DNA from: an uncultured Gemmatimonadaceae bacterium
GTDB lineage: Bacteria; Gemmatimonadota; Gemmatimonadetes; Gemmatimonadales; GWC2-71-9
NCBI GenBank assembly: GCA_964475685.1
Contig: CAYYXP010000068.1
Coordinates: forward strand, 989-64,988
Direction of reading: 5' to 3'
Length of the DNA stretch: 64,000 nucleotides
Part shown: piece after piece, positions 63,230-64,000 of the stretch
Layout of the letters: each line of letters begins with the position of its first letter
How positions within the stretch are numbered: position 1 is the first letter of the stretch
Position numbers and translations under genes: made by a program
The notes under the pieces: generated by a model
The model's database searches: none
Told to the model about the DNA's origin: nothing
The model's input: the letters and a program-made list of their open reading frames with translations, nothing else

Positions 63230-63900
63230 CGCGGGCCTCCTACCAGTCCGGCGAACGCGGCGAGCGGCACCGCGGCGAACCCCAGCGAGACGATGACGGC
63301 GATCACCACCGCCAGGCGCCGCTGGAGCGGCTGCGGCGAAGGAGGGCTGGCGCCGAGCGACCGGAACGAGCTCCACGCCCCGTGATACAGGTGGAGGCCA
63401 AGGGCGAGCATGGAGATGACGTAGAAGGCCGTCACCCACGGGACCCGGAATCCCGCGACCAGGTTCGCATACACGTCGCCCTCGGTGAATACCCCCGCCG
63501 GACGGATGGTGCCGGTGGTGAAGTGCAGGATGTGCACGACGATGAACACGAGCAGGAGGGCGCCGCCCCAGCGCAGGGTGCGCGAGGCGAGGGTGGACAC
63601 CTGGGGAGCCCGGCGAGCATAGCCGACCGGCCGTGCGGCCCTGTCGCGCAAGGTGAGCTGGGAGGCAGCCACCACGTGTAGCAGCACCGCCACGAGCAGC
63701 ACCACGCGCGCCACCCACAGCAGCTCGCTCAGGGGGCCATGGAGCAGGCGGCCGTAGGCGTTGATGTGCTCCGCGCCCTGAAAGACCTTGAGGTTGCCGG
63801 CCATGTGGCCGAGGACGAAGAGCACGCCAAGGAGACCGGTCACGGCCATGACCGCCTTCTTGCCGACCGACGACTCCCACAGGGCTTGCAGGCGGTTCAT
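63226..63900 (-). CDS. sdhC: Succinate dehydrogenase cytochrome b subunit (b558, five-helix type)
   Basis: 224 aa, about 5 TM helices with conserved His (GHMAGNL, LLHVV, VVHILH, LHLYHG). Lies directly upstream of sdhA. Confidence 0.8.
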
Positions 63901-63913
63901 GAATCCCCTCGGG

Positions 63914-64000
63914 TCAGGCGACGTCGACGACAGCCTGCGTGGTTCGCACTGCTTCCGCCGACCGGTGGAGCTCCGCGCGCTCGGCGTCGGTCAGGGTGAT
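63914..64000 (-). CDS. mdh: C-terminal fragment, probably malate dehydrogenase
   Basis: The last 28 aa, ITLTDAERAELHRSAEAVRTTQAVVDVA, then TGA at 63914-63916. This resembles the ...L.D.E...L.KS.E.V... tail of LDH-like malate dehydrogenases, and an mdh-sdh neighbourhood is common. Only a fragment is visible. Confidence 0.45.
   Translation of the reverse strand: MTLTDAERAELHRSAEAVRTTQAVVDVA

Overview
High-GC, very gene-dense 64-kb chromosomal segment from a diderm (LPS-making) bacterium. Phylum is not determinable from sequence alone; the gene content would fit a Gemmatimonadota- or Acidobacteria-like lineage, which is inference only. I support 63 protein-coding genes (2 partial), 57 of them on the minus strand. 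I saw no rRNA, tRNA, CRISPR array, transposase or prophage. Content from left to right: (1) a gapless 16-kb minus-strand string, kdsB-pyrG-kdsA-kdsC-kdsD-lptC-lptA-lptB-rpoN, then a five-gene polyprenyl-phosphate/YfhO glycosylation module and dapF; (2) trpG/pabA, a membrane-anchored hypothetical, and a divergent ABC ATPase plus giant permease pair; (3) xerD, a DedA-TerB fusion, ispF and the futalosine genes mqnC-mqnA-mqnE; (4) the classical yceD-rpmF-plsX-fabH-fabD-fabG-acpP-fabF cluster; (5) ndk, sucCD, an orphan carbamate kinase, a UPF0182-like giant membrane protein and a phosphomannomutase; (6) a complete nuoA-N operon; (7) dcd and two tandem secreted M1 metallopeptidases; (8) mdh(partial)-sdhC-sdhA-sdhB, translationally coupled to two secreted proteins of unknown function. 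Most of the window is core metabolism, and I do not see a clear-cut new defence or mobile system. The items most worth a second look are these. The glycosylation module is welded to the Kdo/Lpt/rpoN operon. NTGA start/stop overlaps are pervasive, including three junctions where the conserved N-terminus can only be reached from CTG or TTG. LptB carries a 131-aa N-terminal extension. DedA is fused to a TerB-like domain. The sdh operon is coupled to a beta-propeller plus His-rich secreted pair. There is an AT-rich 190-bp island at 145-334 and several short repeat/palindrome motifs in the few intergenic regions. Many ORF-track calls are GC-driven antisense ORFs or over-extended N-termini, and I trimmed or rejected them.
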